A stretch of 63,700 nucleotides of DNA, the filler included, from Bacteroidales bacterium (GTDB taxonomy: Bacteria > Bacteroidota > Bacteroidia > Bacteroidales > CAIWKO01): the NCBI GenBank assembly GCA_035389045.1. It is 3 parts of 3 records of this genome, joined end to end, with 100 filler letters (N's around TTAATTAATTAA, not from the genome) between each part and the next. Parts side by side here need not be neighbours in the genome. Positions count along the whole stretch, not along the records: positions 1 to 23,098 come from DAOORA010000070.1; 2 more parts are not named here. One strand, 5' to 3'. Under the pieces are notes generated by a model. It was not told the origin of the DNA and did no database searches. It was given only the letters and a program-made list of their open reading frames with translations. Positions 10,334-20,929 of the stretch are shown piece by piece; position 1 is the first letter of the stretch, and each line of letters begins with the position of its first letter. The position numbers and the translations under genes were made by a program.

Positions 10334-10350
10334 AAACATAGTTCTATAAA

Positions 10351-11280
10351 TTATAAATACTCCTTTCTTATGGTGTACTGAGGTTGTTTGTTCTGTGAGA
10401 TGAAAATTCTGCCGATGTATTCACCGATCATTCCAAGAGACATCAATTGTATACCCGAAAAAATGAAGATCACGGTAATGGTTTCGGTAAATCCGGGAGG
10501 CAGGCCGGGAACCATGAAGCGTTCTACCACCGATAATATGCCAAACACAAAACCCGTGATTGCAAAAAACAACCCGACAAAAATAGAGATACGCAGTGGA
10601 AGCACCGAAAAACTGGTAACCATGTTTGACCATAATTTAATCAGTTTGAAAACGGAGTAACCGGATTTTCCCGAATGCCTTTTCTGATGATGAACCAGTA
10701 AGGTGCCGATATTAGCTGTGGATCTGAGGATCAACCCATCAATATAGGGGTAGGGCTTGTCATATTTTATTATCTCGTTGACCAGAAATCTGTTCAGACA
10801 TTTAAAACTTGAAAGATACAGTTTGTCGGGTTTTTTTAGAAGAACGTCTGCGACCCGGTTATTTATGAGGCTGCCCAGATTACGCCATACTTTGTGCATT
10901 TTTTCATCATAATAAGTATAAACAACATCAAAATCGTTGTTTACAGCGAAATCGATCACTCTGACAGCTTCTGTCACCGGATTCTGAAAGTCATCATCCA
11001 TGATCACTGTGAAATCGCCGGTCACCTTATTTAATCCGGCCATTACGGCGTTGTGTTCGCCGAAATTTCTGGCCAGCGATAAATACTTTACCTTGCCTTT
11101 GTGATCATTATATAGTTTAAGACATTCACTGTGAGAATCATCGGAAGAATAATCATTCACCAGGATGATTTCCGGATCATAGCGGCATGAAATCTCAGCG
11201 ATCAACTGATTGACGAGTTCACCAATGGTTTCATGCGCATTAAAGACCGGAATTACGATGGAGACTTTTGTATCAGACAT
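10351..11280 (-). CDS. ArnC/GtrB-like GT2 (polyprenyl-phosphate glycosyltransferase)
   Basis: 'VSIVIPVFN', 'RNFGEHNA', 'MDDDFQNP', two C-terminal TM helices and 'GEYIGRIF'. Confidence 0.88.
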   Translation of the reverse strand: MSDTKVSIVIPVFNAHETIGELVNQLIAEISCRYDPEIILVNDYSSDDSHSECLKLYNDHKGKVKYLSLARNFGEHNAVMAGLNKVTGDFTVIMDDDFQNPVTEAVRVIDFAVNNDFDVVYTYYDEKMHKVWRNLGSLINNRVADVLLKKPDKLYLSSFKCLNRFLVNEIIKYDKPYPYIDGLILRSTANIGTLLVHHQKRHSGKSGYSVFKLIKLWSNMVTSFSVLPLRISIFVGLFFAITGFVFGILSVVERFMVPGLPPGFTETITVIFIFSGIQLMSLGMIGEYIGRIFISQNKQPQYTIRKEYL

Positions 11281-12580
11281 AAAGGTTCATATTGGATGTA
11301 ACACTATTCATTTCAAAGGCGGTGTTTTTTCATGATCTCATGTATGGCATCTGTTATATACCTTTGTTTTTCGAACGACAACGACGGGTATACCGGAAGC
11401 GAGAATACCTGTTCAGCTGTTTTTTCGCTTACCGGCAGATCGCCTTTATGGTAGTTCAGGTANNNNNNNNNNNNNNNNNNNNNNNNNNNNNNNNNNNNNN
11501 NNNNNNNNNNNNNNNNNNNNNNNNNNNNNNNNNNNNNNNNNNNNNNNNNNNNNNNNNNNNNNCCTGTTCAGCTGTTTTTTCGCTTACCGGCAGATCGCCT
11601 TTATGGTAGTTCAGGTATTGGTATCCGCTCATTATATGAACCGGCCAGGGATAATGAATGTTCAGAAATATATCTTTTTTCTTCAATTCTTCAAGGATCA
11701 AATCTCTTTCCATGTGTCTTACCGGGAATAAATACCAGGCATGTTGCCCGTACGTTTTCTCGCAGGGTAGTATTAATCCGGTATCCGATAATAATTCCCT
11801 GTATTGTTTGGCAAGCAACCTCCTTTTTGCAAGGTATTCGTTAAGATGTTTTAATTTTTTCAATAAAACAGCGGCATGGATCTCGTCTAACCTGCAGTTG
11901 TACCCGTGTCCGGCGGCATAATAATTTTTCTCCATTCCATAAAACCGAAGCCTTAACAACTTGTGATACAGGTCTTCATGCCTGGTCATGACCAGTCCGC
12001 CGTCGCCAAAAGTTCCCAATATCTTGGTGGGATAAAAGGAAGTGGCAGCAATATCTGATAACGATCCGGCTTTGTGCCCTTTGTATTCAGCGCCATGGCT
12101 CTGGGCGCAATCTTCGGCTACAAAAAGTTTATATTTCCTGGCTATCCGGTTAACTTCTTCCATGTCAACACATTGCCCGTAAAGATGAACTGCAAGGATG
12201 CATTTGGTTTTGTCACTGATGGCGGATTCAATTTTTGTGGTATCCATTACCATAGAGGCTTCATCAATGTCAACAAAAACCGGCCTTGCACCTGCTGAAA
12301 CTATGGCAGATACCGTCGGAACAGCTGTAAATGAAACGGTTATTACCTCATCATCCTTACCAATGCCTAAGGCTTTTAAAGCCAGAAATATCGCATTGGT
12401 ACCATTGTCAACCCCTACACCATATTTTAGCTCACAGTATCCGGCATATTCGGATTCAAATAGCCTTACTTTTTCGCCGAGTACCAGCTGACCTGATTCT
12501 AAAACTTCCGAAATTGCTGAAAGAATTTCTTCCTTTTCATCCTCATATTCCTGTATATAATCCCAGCCTTTTACTATCAT
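11273..12580 (-). CDS. DegT/DnrJ/EryC1/StrS family sugar aminotransferase (FdtB-like); interrupted only by an assembly gap
   Basis: 'EDCAQSHGA', 'SFYPTK' (PLP lysine), 'NCRLDE'. 11408-11462 duplicates 11563-11617 across the N gap; merging them continues the frame (…TAEQVFSLPVYPSL…NLYV*) to a stop at 11273-11275. Confidence 0.9.
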
Positions 12581-12655
12581 GATTGAAAGAAAAAATATGT
12601 TTAGTATTCATGTTTAACTTCAAATAGACTTATCAAAAGTTTGTATGATAACGTT

Positions 12656-13060
12656 TTAAAATCTTTTTACATAAGCCAGATATTCATCCATTGTCCTTAA
12701 ATATTTATCAGGATCGTACTTGGTATTGGCAAGAACCAGGCAGACGGAATTTTCCGAGAAATCGTACATCTCAAGGTAAATCAGATGCGGAATGTATAAA
12801 CCCTTTTGGGGGTTGTCCAGTAAGTATATTTTCGACGATGTTTTATCGTAAACCCTGATGTGAAAACTTCCGGCAACAGGGATCAAAACTTCGTCGGTAT
12901 CCATAGGGGCATGGTTTCCTCTTTGCCCTGTGATGTGATGAACATAAAAAATACGTTTTATATCAAAAGGGATATCGATATTTTGCTCTATAGAAGAAAG
13001 AATACCCCTGGAATCTTCAAACGATGGAATATCAATCAGTTTTACATGCTCCAGATTCAT
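12656..13060 (-). CDS. FdtA/QdtA-like cupin sugar 3,4-ketoisomerase
   Basis: 'DSRG.L...E...IPFDIKRIFY...RGNHA...LVLAN..YD...Y'. Confidence 0.85.
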   Translation of the reverse strand: MNLEHVKLIDIPSFEDSRGILSSIEQNIDIPFDIKRIFYVHHITGQRGNHAPMDTDEVLIPVAGSFHIRVYDKTSSKIYLLDNPQKGLYIPHLIYLEMYDFSENSVCLVLANTKYDPDKYLRTMDEYLAYVKRF

Positions 13061-13523
13061 TGTTCCGTATTTCTAAAGTTAATAATAAGTTCCCTGAATA
13101 GTTATATTCATAAGGGTTGTTTTTTAATAACTGAAAAACAAAGATAAAAAATTAATAATATGTTGCACATTTTTTTTGGCGAATTTGTATATCGAAAATG
13201 GTTTGGTAGGTTGGCAGCCTTTATTTTCTAATACATTCCGGAAAAATCAGGAAATTATAAATTATATTAACTTGATTGGTTGAAATATGATTGTGGACTA
13301 ATTGTGGGTAACCGATATTTCCAAGGATAGTTTTTGTCAGCATTTTTTTTCTTTTCCCTATAATATAATCAAGTGTTTTAATGCAGACAGGCGTTGGGTA
13401 ATACCCGGTTCAATTTATTAATTTCCTTTTCAGTTCATTATGCTTTAGGCTATTTTGAATTATCTTTGCCTGATGCTGTAAATCAGCTGCGGATAAGAAG
13501 TTTGTCGAACATAAAAATTAGTT

Positions 13524-14918
13524 GTGGTATACAGTTCTGCAGTTTTTCTGTTTTATTTCCTGCCGCTTTTGCTTGCAGGATATCATTTGCTTCCTAAAAC
13601 ATGGTTCCGCAATATTTTTTTATTTTTGGCAAGCATGCTGTTTTATGCGTGGGCTGAAGGAACCATGCTGATATTATTGTTGGGAATAGCTTTCAGCGCC
13701 TGGCTTTTTTCGTACCTTATCGCGAAAACACGTTTCAGCAGACTTTTTGTCTATCTGGCTGTGATTCTTTATGTTGCCGTATTGTTTTATTATAAATATC
13801 TTGGTTTTTTCATTAATGACGTGTTTAATCTGGATGGGGATGGGCTGTCGCATTTCAAACTCATGATGCCTGTTGGGGTTTCCTTTTTTGTTTTTCAGGC
13901 GATATCGTATGTTATTGATGTGCACCGAAGACGTGACTGTTATGAAAAAAATCCTTTTCATGTGATCTTGTACATCACCATGTTTCCTCAGCTTATTTCG
14001 GGGCCGTTAGTCCGTTATCAACAGCTTGGCCCGCAACTGAAACTCAGAACATACAGTTTTGATATGTTTGCCGTGGGTATCAGGCGGTTTATGGCCGGCC
14101 TGGCTAAAAAGGTACTTATAGCCGATACGCTGGGATTGCTTGTTAGGCAGATAATGGATACCGAAACACAATTTTTAGGCGCCTCAGCGGCATGGATAGG
14201 AATTATCGCCTTTACGCTTCAGTTGTACTATGATTTTGCCGGGTATACCGATATGGCGATCGGTGTCGGTAAAATGCTCGGTTTCGACCTGCCGGAGAAT
14301 TTTAACTTTCCATACATCAGTCGTTCCATTGCTGAGTTCTGGCGCAGATGGCATATGACGCTGTCGGCATGGCTGAGGGATTATGTCTTCATGCCGCTGT
14401 CACTGAATACCCGCCGCCGGGGCAGGGCAGGAGTGTTTTTTTCTCTGATGATCACTTTTACCCTTTGCGGAATATGGCACAGCCCCGGCTGGAACTTTTT
14501 GATATGGGGGGCTATTCATGGATTGTTTCTCGGACTGGAACAGTTATTCCTGGGAAAATACCTTGTAAAGCTGAAAGCGGCTGCGTTCATATATACGCTG
14601 TTCATTCTGATAACAAGTTTTGTTTTTGTGCGTACCAGAGATGTTCATCATGCTCTGGAGTATCTTGGAACTATGTTTTCGCCTGGAGAGTATACGGCAT
14701 TAGGTCCGGAAGCATTTCTTGCACCGCAATATATTGTTATCATGATAATCGGGATTATTTTTTGTTTCCCGTTAAAGCTGCCACCCCGATTAACTAATGG
14801 GAGTTTAGCAGGAGCGCTGCAAACGGTAAAAATCATTTTGTTACTTGTGCTGTTTCTTCTGTCTGCTATGGCTGTGACTACTGAAACCTATAATCCTTTT
14901 TTATATTTTAAATACTGA
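13524..14918 (+). CDS. MBOAT family O-acyltransferase (AlgI/PatA/DltB-like)
   Basis: 'PVGVSFFVFQ', 'FPQLISGP', 'DFAGYTDMAIG', 'ENFNFPY', 'FWRRWH', catalytic 'GIWH'; C-terminal 'YNPFLYFKY'. Confidence 0.93.
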   Translation: MVYSSAVFLFYFLPLLLAGYHLLPKTWFRNIFLFLASMLFYAWAEGTMLILLLGIAFSAWLFSYLIAKTRFSRLFVYLAVILYVAVLFYYKYLGFFINDVFNLDGDGLSHFKLMMPVGVSFFVFQAISYVIDVHRRRDCYEKNPFHVILYITMFPQLISGPLVRYQQLGPQLKLRTYSFDMFAVGIRRFMAGLAKKVLIADTLGLLVRQIMDTETQFLGASAAWIGIIAFTLQLYYDFAGYTDMAIGVGKMLGFDLPENFNFPYISRSIAEFWRRWHMTLSAWLRDYVFMPLSLNTRRRGRAGVFFSLMITFTLCGIWHSPGWNFLIWGAIHGLFLGLEQLFLGKYLVKLKAAAFIYTLFILITSFVFVRTRDVHHALEYLGTMFSPGEYTALGPEAFLAPQYIVIMIIGIIFCFPLKLPPRLTNGSLAGALQTVKIILLLVLFLLSAMAVTTETYNPFLYFKY

Positions 14919-14930
14919 CACGAGAAAGAA

Positions 14931-15515
14931 TTGAAATTAAATCAATATATGAAATTTCCCGAATCTGCCCTGGCACACAAATACCTCGACGGGCTGAAAG
15001 GTATCGAAATTGGAGGGGCGGCTCATAACAGCTTTGGGCTTGACACGCTTAATGTGGACCGGCTGGGCAGCATGGATACCCATTTTAAAAAGTACGAGAT
15101 CGAGATGTGCGGCGAAGCCATGAATGTTGATATTGTTGCCGAAGGTAACCGCCTGCCGCTTCCCGACAAGTCGTATGATTTTGTGATCTCAAGCCATGTC
15201 ATCGAGCATTTTTATGACCCGATATCGGCCTTGCTCGAATGGGCGAGGGTGGCGCGGAAATACCTGTATATCATTGTTCCTCACAGACAGCGCACCTTTG
15301 ATGCAGGCAGGGAGCTTACCATTGTGGCTGAGCTTCACGAAAGGTATAAGTCCGGTGTTGTTAAGGAGGATGAACAAAGGGGAGAGCACTGGTCGGTGTT
15401 TGAACCGTCAAATTTTAATGAATTATGTGTCCTCTGCGGGTTGCATGTGATCGAGATACAGGACCCGGATGATAAAGTGGGCAATGGCTTTGCCTTTGTA
15501 ATTAAACTGGATTGA
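14931..15515 (+). CDS. SAM-dependent methyltransferase domain protein
   Basis: 'GIEIGG', 'DFVISSHVIEH..DPI.AL.EW.RV'; alternative ATG at 14949. Confidence 0.75.
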   Translation: MKLNQYMKFPESALAHKYLDGLKGIEIGGAAHNSFGLDTLNVDRLGSMDTHFKKYEIEMCGEAMNVDIVAEGNRLPLPDKSYDFVISSHVIEHFYDPISALLEWARVARKYLYIIVPHRQRTFDAGRELTIVAELHERYKSGVVKEDEQRGEHWSVFEPSNFNELCVLCGLHVIEIQDPDDKVGNGFAFVIKLD

Positions 15516-18500
15516 AAAGCAGAAAAATGTACCAGGTGATGTTAAAAAGAAAGTTCAAAGCGGCTTATTTGTTGTTTTTCACAATTCCGCTTGTGTATGT
15601 TCTTCTTTTTAGTGAGGCCAAAAGTATTGACCAGGTCAGCTTCCCCGATCACTTATATTTTTCTGCACGGTCTTCATCACCGGCAAAGATTAGTTTATAT
15701 CGCATTAATGACTTACTGGTAACCTGGCAGTTGAATGGTACTGCCTATCAGTATTTTGATTACGAAGGGCAGCTCAATGACAGCGCCGGCCTTTCCTTGA
15801 AAATCGAAAACCTGAGCAGGGGCGATACTGTTTCGTTTCTCGCATTTAATCATTATCATCACAATGAGCTGAAAACACTTGCTGACCGGGTGAATAACAA
15901 CTGTTCCGTAAGTAATGCAACGGCTTATGAACAAGATGGGGTATTGTATGCCATAGTTCAGAAAACAGGCGTTCCCCTGACGGTCAGCATGCCGCCATCG
16001 CAGGCATGGGAAAAGGAAGATGGTGCCACATCTTATAAATATGTTACCGCCCTTATCTTTTTGATCATTTTCATCCTGATCATAATTTGCTCTCCTCCGG
16101 CGAAGTATTTTATTTTCAGCTGTTTACTAACTGTTGCGGTTATGCTGGTTGTGCGTGGATGCTATCATGCTGAGGAGGGATCGGTGGGCATAAAAACAAT
16201 TTCCGGATTGAAAAAAGCGGAGTTTTATTTTAACCGCCATCCGGGATTTACACAATTAAAACGGTCTGCAGCCGATAGCGCAAACCATTGGCGTAAATCC
16301 GGCATTGACCTGAAAACCAACCGATTTATCCGGCTGGATGTCGAGGACTGTGAGGAATTGAAACATCTGAAGATCCGTGCTGATGCCGGCTTTTTTCATA
16401 AGACCTGGGATTTCGATGCCGGGCAGTTGGGTAATACGGAAATCAACGACCTGATCTTTAAAAACGGGACGTTCTATATTAGGGGTAACGATCCTTTTAT
16501 TGCGCTTACTACCACTTCTTTTATTAATGACATTAACGGGTTGTTGTGGCTGGAGCATAGGCTGTTTTTGTTTGCAGGTCTCTTGGTTTTTATCGTACTG
16601 ACTTTGCTGAGTTTTTGGCTGGGGCGGTTTATCGATTTGAAATTCAGGGCAATATACCTTCTTTTCCTGTTGTTCCCGTTGTTATATTATCTGTTGCTTT
16701 ATGATAACACAAAGCCTGAACTGTATAAGGAACGCGACTGTTTATATTTTTCTGCTATGACAAGCGGCCCGGCCTCTGTCACTTTATTTTCGGGGAAAGA
16801 CTCACTCTGCACCTGGAATGTATCTCCGCCGGGTTATAAGTTGTTGAGTTTCGTGAGCAAACTCAAAGATACGGCCGGTATGTGCCTGAAGGTCATCGGT
16901 ATAGGAAACGATCCGATGGTTTCATTCACAGCATTTACTATTTATCATGATGGAGTAACCTGTTCATTGTATGATCGCTCTTCACCGTATTGCAGGGCTG
17001 AAAATGCAGTTATGACCAATGATAAAGGCGTCTTATCAGTGTATGCAGCAGAGCCTGGTAAGCCGGTAAAACTGCATCTGATCAATGCTTCCAGCTGGCA
17101 ACCGATGGATCTGGAACCTCAGACGGGCGGCCTCGCGGCTGCGGTTTTTATTGCTGCCTTTATTATTCTTTTGTTGCTGGCGCCGTCGACAAAAATTTTC
17201 ATTATTTCATTTTTTGTTACCCTGTTTTTTTCGGGATTATATTACTGGCTGGGCAGGGATATACAGGATCAGGTCACCATAAGCACCACATCTCCGCAGC
17301 GCAGCGTGGAATCGTACTTTAGTAAGTCTCCCGTTTTCAGATCCGACGATAAATTCCCCACGAAGATATATAAATATCACTTCATCACACAGGTTGAATT
17401 GGGAAAGTACCAATATATCCGATGCGACCTGGATGACAGCACAAAGCAGATTAACAACCTGAAAATTGCAGTAAAAACAGGATTACTTAAAAAAGAATGG
17501 GATTTTACCCGGACGCCGCCCGGAACTATGGTGATGAACGATGTGGTCTGTAACAACGGGGTTTTTACCGTTTGCGGCAACGATCCTTTTTTTGCACTCA
17601 CCACCACTTTTTTTCTTGATCCGGTACATCAGCTGGTGTGGCTTCGCAAGAGTGCATTTTTGTTTATTACCATTTTTGTATTTCTTTTGTTACTGCTGAT
17701 TTATAAATATGCGGGCAAGGCAAAGACGGTGTCATTGGTACTGACGGCCTTTTTTATTTGCATACTATACAATGGCTTTATGTTCAGGCCGTTCAACTCC
17801 GACCGCATCAGGCTGATCTCCGAAAAACGCGATGCCGATACGCTTCCCATTTTTGATAGGGATTCCGTTAAACCTTTTATGAAAAAGCTTAACAACTACC
17901 TCAATGACCAGTTGAACGGACGTAATGAGATCATCTCGCTGAACAACTACCTGTATTATTCCGTTTTCGGAGAGTTGCTGAACAACCCTGATGTATATTT
18001 TGGGAATAATGGCTGGATGTTCTATGTCGGCGCCAATGGCAGGGAAACATACGAGAACCGGGTGCCGGTCACACAAGAAGAACTGGTGCAGCTAAAGGAG
18101 CTTTTTGAGGAAAGACGTGACTGGCTGAAAGAACGCGGAATAAAACTATATATTGTTTTTCCTAGGATTTCGCAGTTCATCTATGAAGAAGAATTGGGCA
18201 GCAGGATGTACCGGCATCATAAAACCAGCAAACTGGATCAGCTACTCAGCTATTTAAAGAATAATTCAGACCTGGATATCATTGATGTTGAAAAACCTTT
18301 GCTGGAAGCTAAGAAATCGGCGAAAACCGAATTATACTACAAAACAGGCACGCATTGGAATTATTATGGGGCATATTTTGCCTATGCCGCTATTATTGAA
18401 TACATCAGCAGGGATTTTCCCGCTATAGGGAAGCCGATCCCGCAAGACGACATACTCTGGGTTTATTCACAGGAAGCCCGGAAAGATATTGACCTTATTG

Positions 18501-18964
18501 ATATGTCAGCCCTTACCGGTTATCTTAAAGGCCATGAAGTCAAGCCCAAAGGTGCGTTGCTGTATGCCGGTGATACGGTAGCGCATGATTTTGCCGGCGG
18601 AAAACCTGATTTTCCGACATTATTCATCGTCAACGACCGGAAGAAAGGCCCCGATATGGTGATGTTCCACGATTCCTATGCCAAGTTCTTTTATCCCTAT
18701 TTTTGCCACCATTTTAACCGGAGTGCCTTTTTTTGGACCAATACTTTTAACAGGGATCTGGTCGAAGAAGAAAAACCAGACCTGGTGATCTGGGAGATGA
18801 GCGACCGTTTCATACCCTTCTATGTGGCTTATAAGAACCCTTCCTTTTTGAAAGCAGCGATAAACACCCGGTACGAGACGATGGAATTATTGGATTTGTT
18901 GAATGAAAAGGATCTACTGAACATGAAGCCATACTGTTATAAGGCCACTAAGGGAGGGAGGTAA
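15512..18964 (+). CDS. Large membrane protein: two tandem N-terminal modules fused to an AlgJ/AlgX-like SGNH acyltransferase domain
   Basis: C-terminal 'EKR..', 'V.FG.NGWMFY', 'YYKTGTHWN..GAY', 'HDSY', 'EKPDLVIWE..DR'; internal duplication visible by eye. Confidence 0.75.
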   Translation: MKSRKMYQVMLKRKFKAAYLLFFTIPLVYVLLFSEAKSIDQVSFPDHLYFSARSSSPAKISLYRINDLLVTWQLNGTAYQYFDYEGQLNDSAGLSLKIENLSRGDTVSFLAFNHYHHNELKTLADRVNNNCSVSNATAYEQDGVLYAIVQKTGVPLTVSMPPSQAWEKEDGATSYKYVTALIFLIIFILIIICSPPAKYFIFSCLLTVAVMLVVRGCYHAEEGSVGIKTISGLKKAEFYFNRHPGFTQLKRSAADSANHWRKSGIDLKTNRFIRLDVEDCEELKHLKIRADAGFFHKTWDFDAGQLGNTEINDLIFKNGTFYIRGNDPFIALTTTSFINDINGLLWLEHRLFLFAGLLVFIVLTLLSFWLGRFIDLKFRAIYLLFLLFPLLYYLLLYDNTKPELYKERDCLYFSAMTSGPASVTLFSGKDSLCTWNVSPPGYKLLSFVSKLKDTAGMCLKVIGIGNDPMVSFTAFTIYHDGVTCSLYDRSSPYCRAENAVMTNDKGVLSVYAAEPGKPVKLHLINASSWQPMDLEPQTGGLAAAVFIAAFIILLLLAPSTKIFIISFFVTLFFSGLYYWLGRDIQDQVTISTTSPQRSVESYFSKSPVFRSDDKFPTKIYKYHFITQVELGKYQYIRCDLDDSTKQINNLKIAVKTGLLKKEWDFTRTPPGTMVMNDVVCNNGVFTVCGNDPFFALTTTFFLDPVHQLVWLRKSAFLFITIFVFLLLLLIYKYAGKAKTVSLVLTAFFICILYNGFMFRPFNSDRIRLISEKRDADTLPIFDRDSVKPFMKKLNNYLNDQLNGRNEIISLNNYLYYSVFGELLNNPDVYFGNNGWMFYVGANGRETYENRVPVTQEELVQLKELFEERRDWLKERGIKLYIVFPRISQFIYEEELGSRMYRHHKTSKLDQLLSYLKNNSDLDIIDVEKPLLEAKKSAKTELYYKTGTHWNYYGAYFAYAAIIEYISRDFPAIGKPIPQDDILWVYSQEARKDIDLIDMSALTGYLKGHEVKPKGALLYAGDTVAHDFAGGKPDFPTLFIVNDRKKGPDMVMFHDSYAKFFYPYFCHHFNRSAFFWTNTFNRDLVEEEKPDLVIWEMSDRFIPFYVAYKNPSFLKAAINTRYETMELLDLLNEKDLLNMKPYCYKATKGGR

Positions 18965-19231
18965 GAGATTTTTTCAGAATTCGTTACTGATTTTCGGTTA
19001 AGTTGTTGAATAAAATTTGTTATATCAACTGGTTTAGCAGCGAATACCTAAAAATGCCATAAGCAGCCTGCCAAATGAATTATATTATATAATTTTGACA
19101 AATCCTGACAATGAAACAAGGGCAGCCAAATACTAAAAAAGTAATTCAGGGCAGGTGGTTAAGTCGTTGTGTCGTACAGGTTTTATGTCGTATGGATTAA
19201 TAATTAATACGTAGCTCCGTTTGGCTTTTAA

Positions 19232-20929
19232 ATGAAAATGAGTAAAACAGTCTGGCAATATTGGGAAGAAAATGCACAGCATAAGCCTGATGCTGATGCT
19301 ATTATTCACTGGATACCCGGGCAGGAGCCTTACCGCTGGTCGTTTGGGTCCCTGCTTGCCACAGCAAAAAAGTTTTCGGTAGTATTAAAAGGTTCCGGTA
19401 TCACAAAAAATGAGGTTTGTGCACTGATCATCCGGCATAATCCTTACTTTTATCCTTTGTATATGGGTGTTTCGCTTCTTGGCGCCATTCCTGCGGTATT
19501 GGCTTATCCCAATCCACGTCTTCATCCTGAGAAGTTCAGGCAGGGCCTCGAAGGAATGGCGCAACGCTCAGGGCTGGACTGGATATTGACAGAAGCTCCT
19601 TTAGCCGGCCTGTTAAAACCGCTGTTAGAGCGGGAGAGGAGCACCATCAAAGGAACGCATCTGCCTTTGGAGCAAAATTTTGAAGATGCCGATATCAGCG
19701 GGTTCAATGTTCCTACAGGGATTAATGATACCGATCCGTTTTTGTTGCAACATTCGTCGGGAACCACGGGGCTGCAAAAGCCTGTTCTTTTGTCGCATAA
19801 AGCGGTGACGGATCATGCAGAGGCTTATGGAGAAGCCATCAGACAATCTGAAAACGACAAGGTGGTGAGCTGGCTTCCGTTGTATCACGATATGGGGCTG
19901 ATCGCTGCCTTTCATCTGCCGATGATCTATGGAATACCTTCTATACAGATAGACCCTTTTGACTGGGTGCTGATGCCTGAACTGATGATTGAAGCAGCCT
20001 CAAAAGAAAAGGCTACCCTTGCCTGGCTGCCCAATTTTGCATATAACCTGATGGCCGACAAGATACACGATGAAGATATCGCCGGTTTTTCGCTTTCAGG
20101 TATAAGGATGCTGATCAACAGCGGCGAGCCGGTGAGAAAAAAAAGTCATGAGCGTTTTATACGGAAATTTGCAAAAACCGGATTGAACCCTTCAGCACTG
20201 TCTACCAGCTACGGCATGGCGGAAACAACTTTTGCCGTGACACAGACCTGTGCCGGTGAACTTTCCAAAGAAGTAAAAGTGAACCGGCAGGCCCTGGCCA
20301 AAGGCATAGTGAAACCCGAACCGGAAAATGAAAACGCACGTATTTGTGTTTCTACAGGTACTCTTATAAGAGGGTGCGAAATTAAAATTATTGATAATCA
20401 GCGGAATGAGCTGCCTTCGGGCAGTATGGGCGAACTTGCCATTAAGTCGCTTTCACTTTTTGAGGGGTACAGGAACTACCCTGAAAAAACGGCAGAGGCC
20501 ATGATGGGGGCATGGTACCTGAGCGGTGATCTTGGTTTCGAAATGGACGGATATTATTATATCATCGGGAGAAAAAAAGATATGATTATTTCTGCAGGGA
20601 AGAATATTTATCCTGAAGATATTGAAGATGCCGTGGGACATGTGCCCGGAGTCATCCCGGGCAGGGTGATCGCTTTTGGTGCGGAAAGCGAAGAGTTTGG
20701 CACAGAACTCATCAGTGTGATCGCGGAAACCATTACCGATGATGAGCAGGACAAAATAAAACTGAAAACAAATATCGTCATGGCAGGAATGGATATCGAC
20801 GTCACCATTTCGGAGATCTATCTTGTCCCTCCACGCTGGTTGATCAAAAGTTCTGCCGGTAAACCCGGTCGTAGCACCAATAAAGAACGCATCATGAACA
20901 AGGAAGAGAATATAAAATGGAAACTATGA
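19232..20929 (+). CDS. Acyl-AMP ligase / AMP-dependent synthetase (FAAL-like)
   Basis: 'LQHSSGTTG..K', 'SWLPLYHDMGL', 'YGMAE', 'GDLG', 'GRKKD', 'KSSAGK'. Confidence 0.9.
   Translation: MKMSKTVWQYWEENAQHKPDADAIIHWIPGQEPYRWSFGSLLATAKKFSVVLKGSGITKNEVCALIIRHNPYFYPLYMGVSLLGAIPAVLAYPNPRLHPEKFRQGLEGMAQRSGLDWILTEAPLAGLLKPLLERERSTIKGTHLPLEQNFEDADISGFNVPTGINDTDPFLLQHSSGTTGLQKPVLLSHKAVTDHAEAYGEAIRQSENDKVVSWLPLYHDMGLIAAFHLPMIYGIPSIQIDPFDWVLMPELMIEAASKEKATLAWLPNFAYNLMADKIHDEDIAGFSLSGIRMLINSGEPVRKKSHERFIRKFAKTGLNPSALSTSYGMAETTFAVTQTCAGELSKEVKVNRQALAKGIVKPEPENENARICVSTGTLIRGCEIKIIDNQRNELPSGSMGELAIKSLSLFEGYRNYPEKTAEAMMGAWYLSGDLGFEMDGYYYIIGRKKDMIISAGKNIYPEDIEDAVGHVPGVIPGRVIAFGAESEEFGTELISVIAETITDDEQDKIKLKTNIVMAGMDIDVTISEIYLVPPRWLIKSSAGKPGRSTNKERIMNKEENIKWKL

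Noticed and set aside
10100..10339. 79-aa ORF
   Set aside because: Lies within the palindromic MITE; most likely spurious
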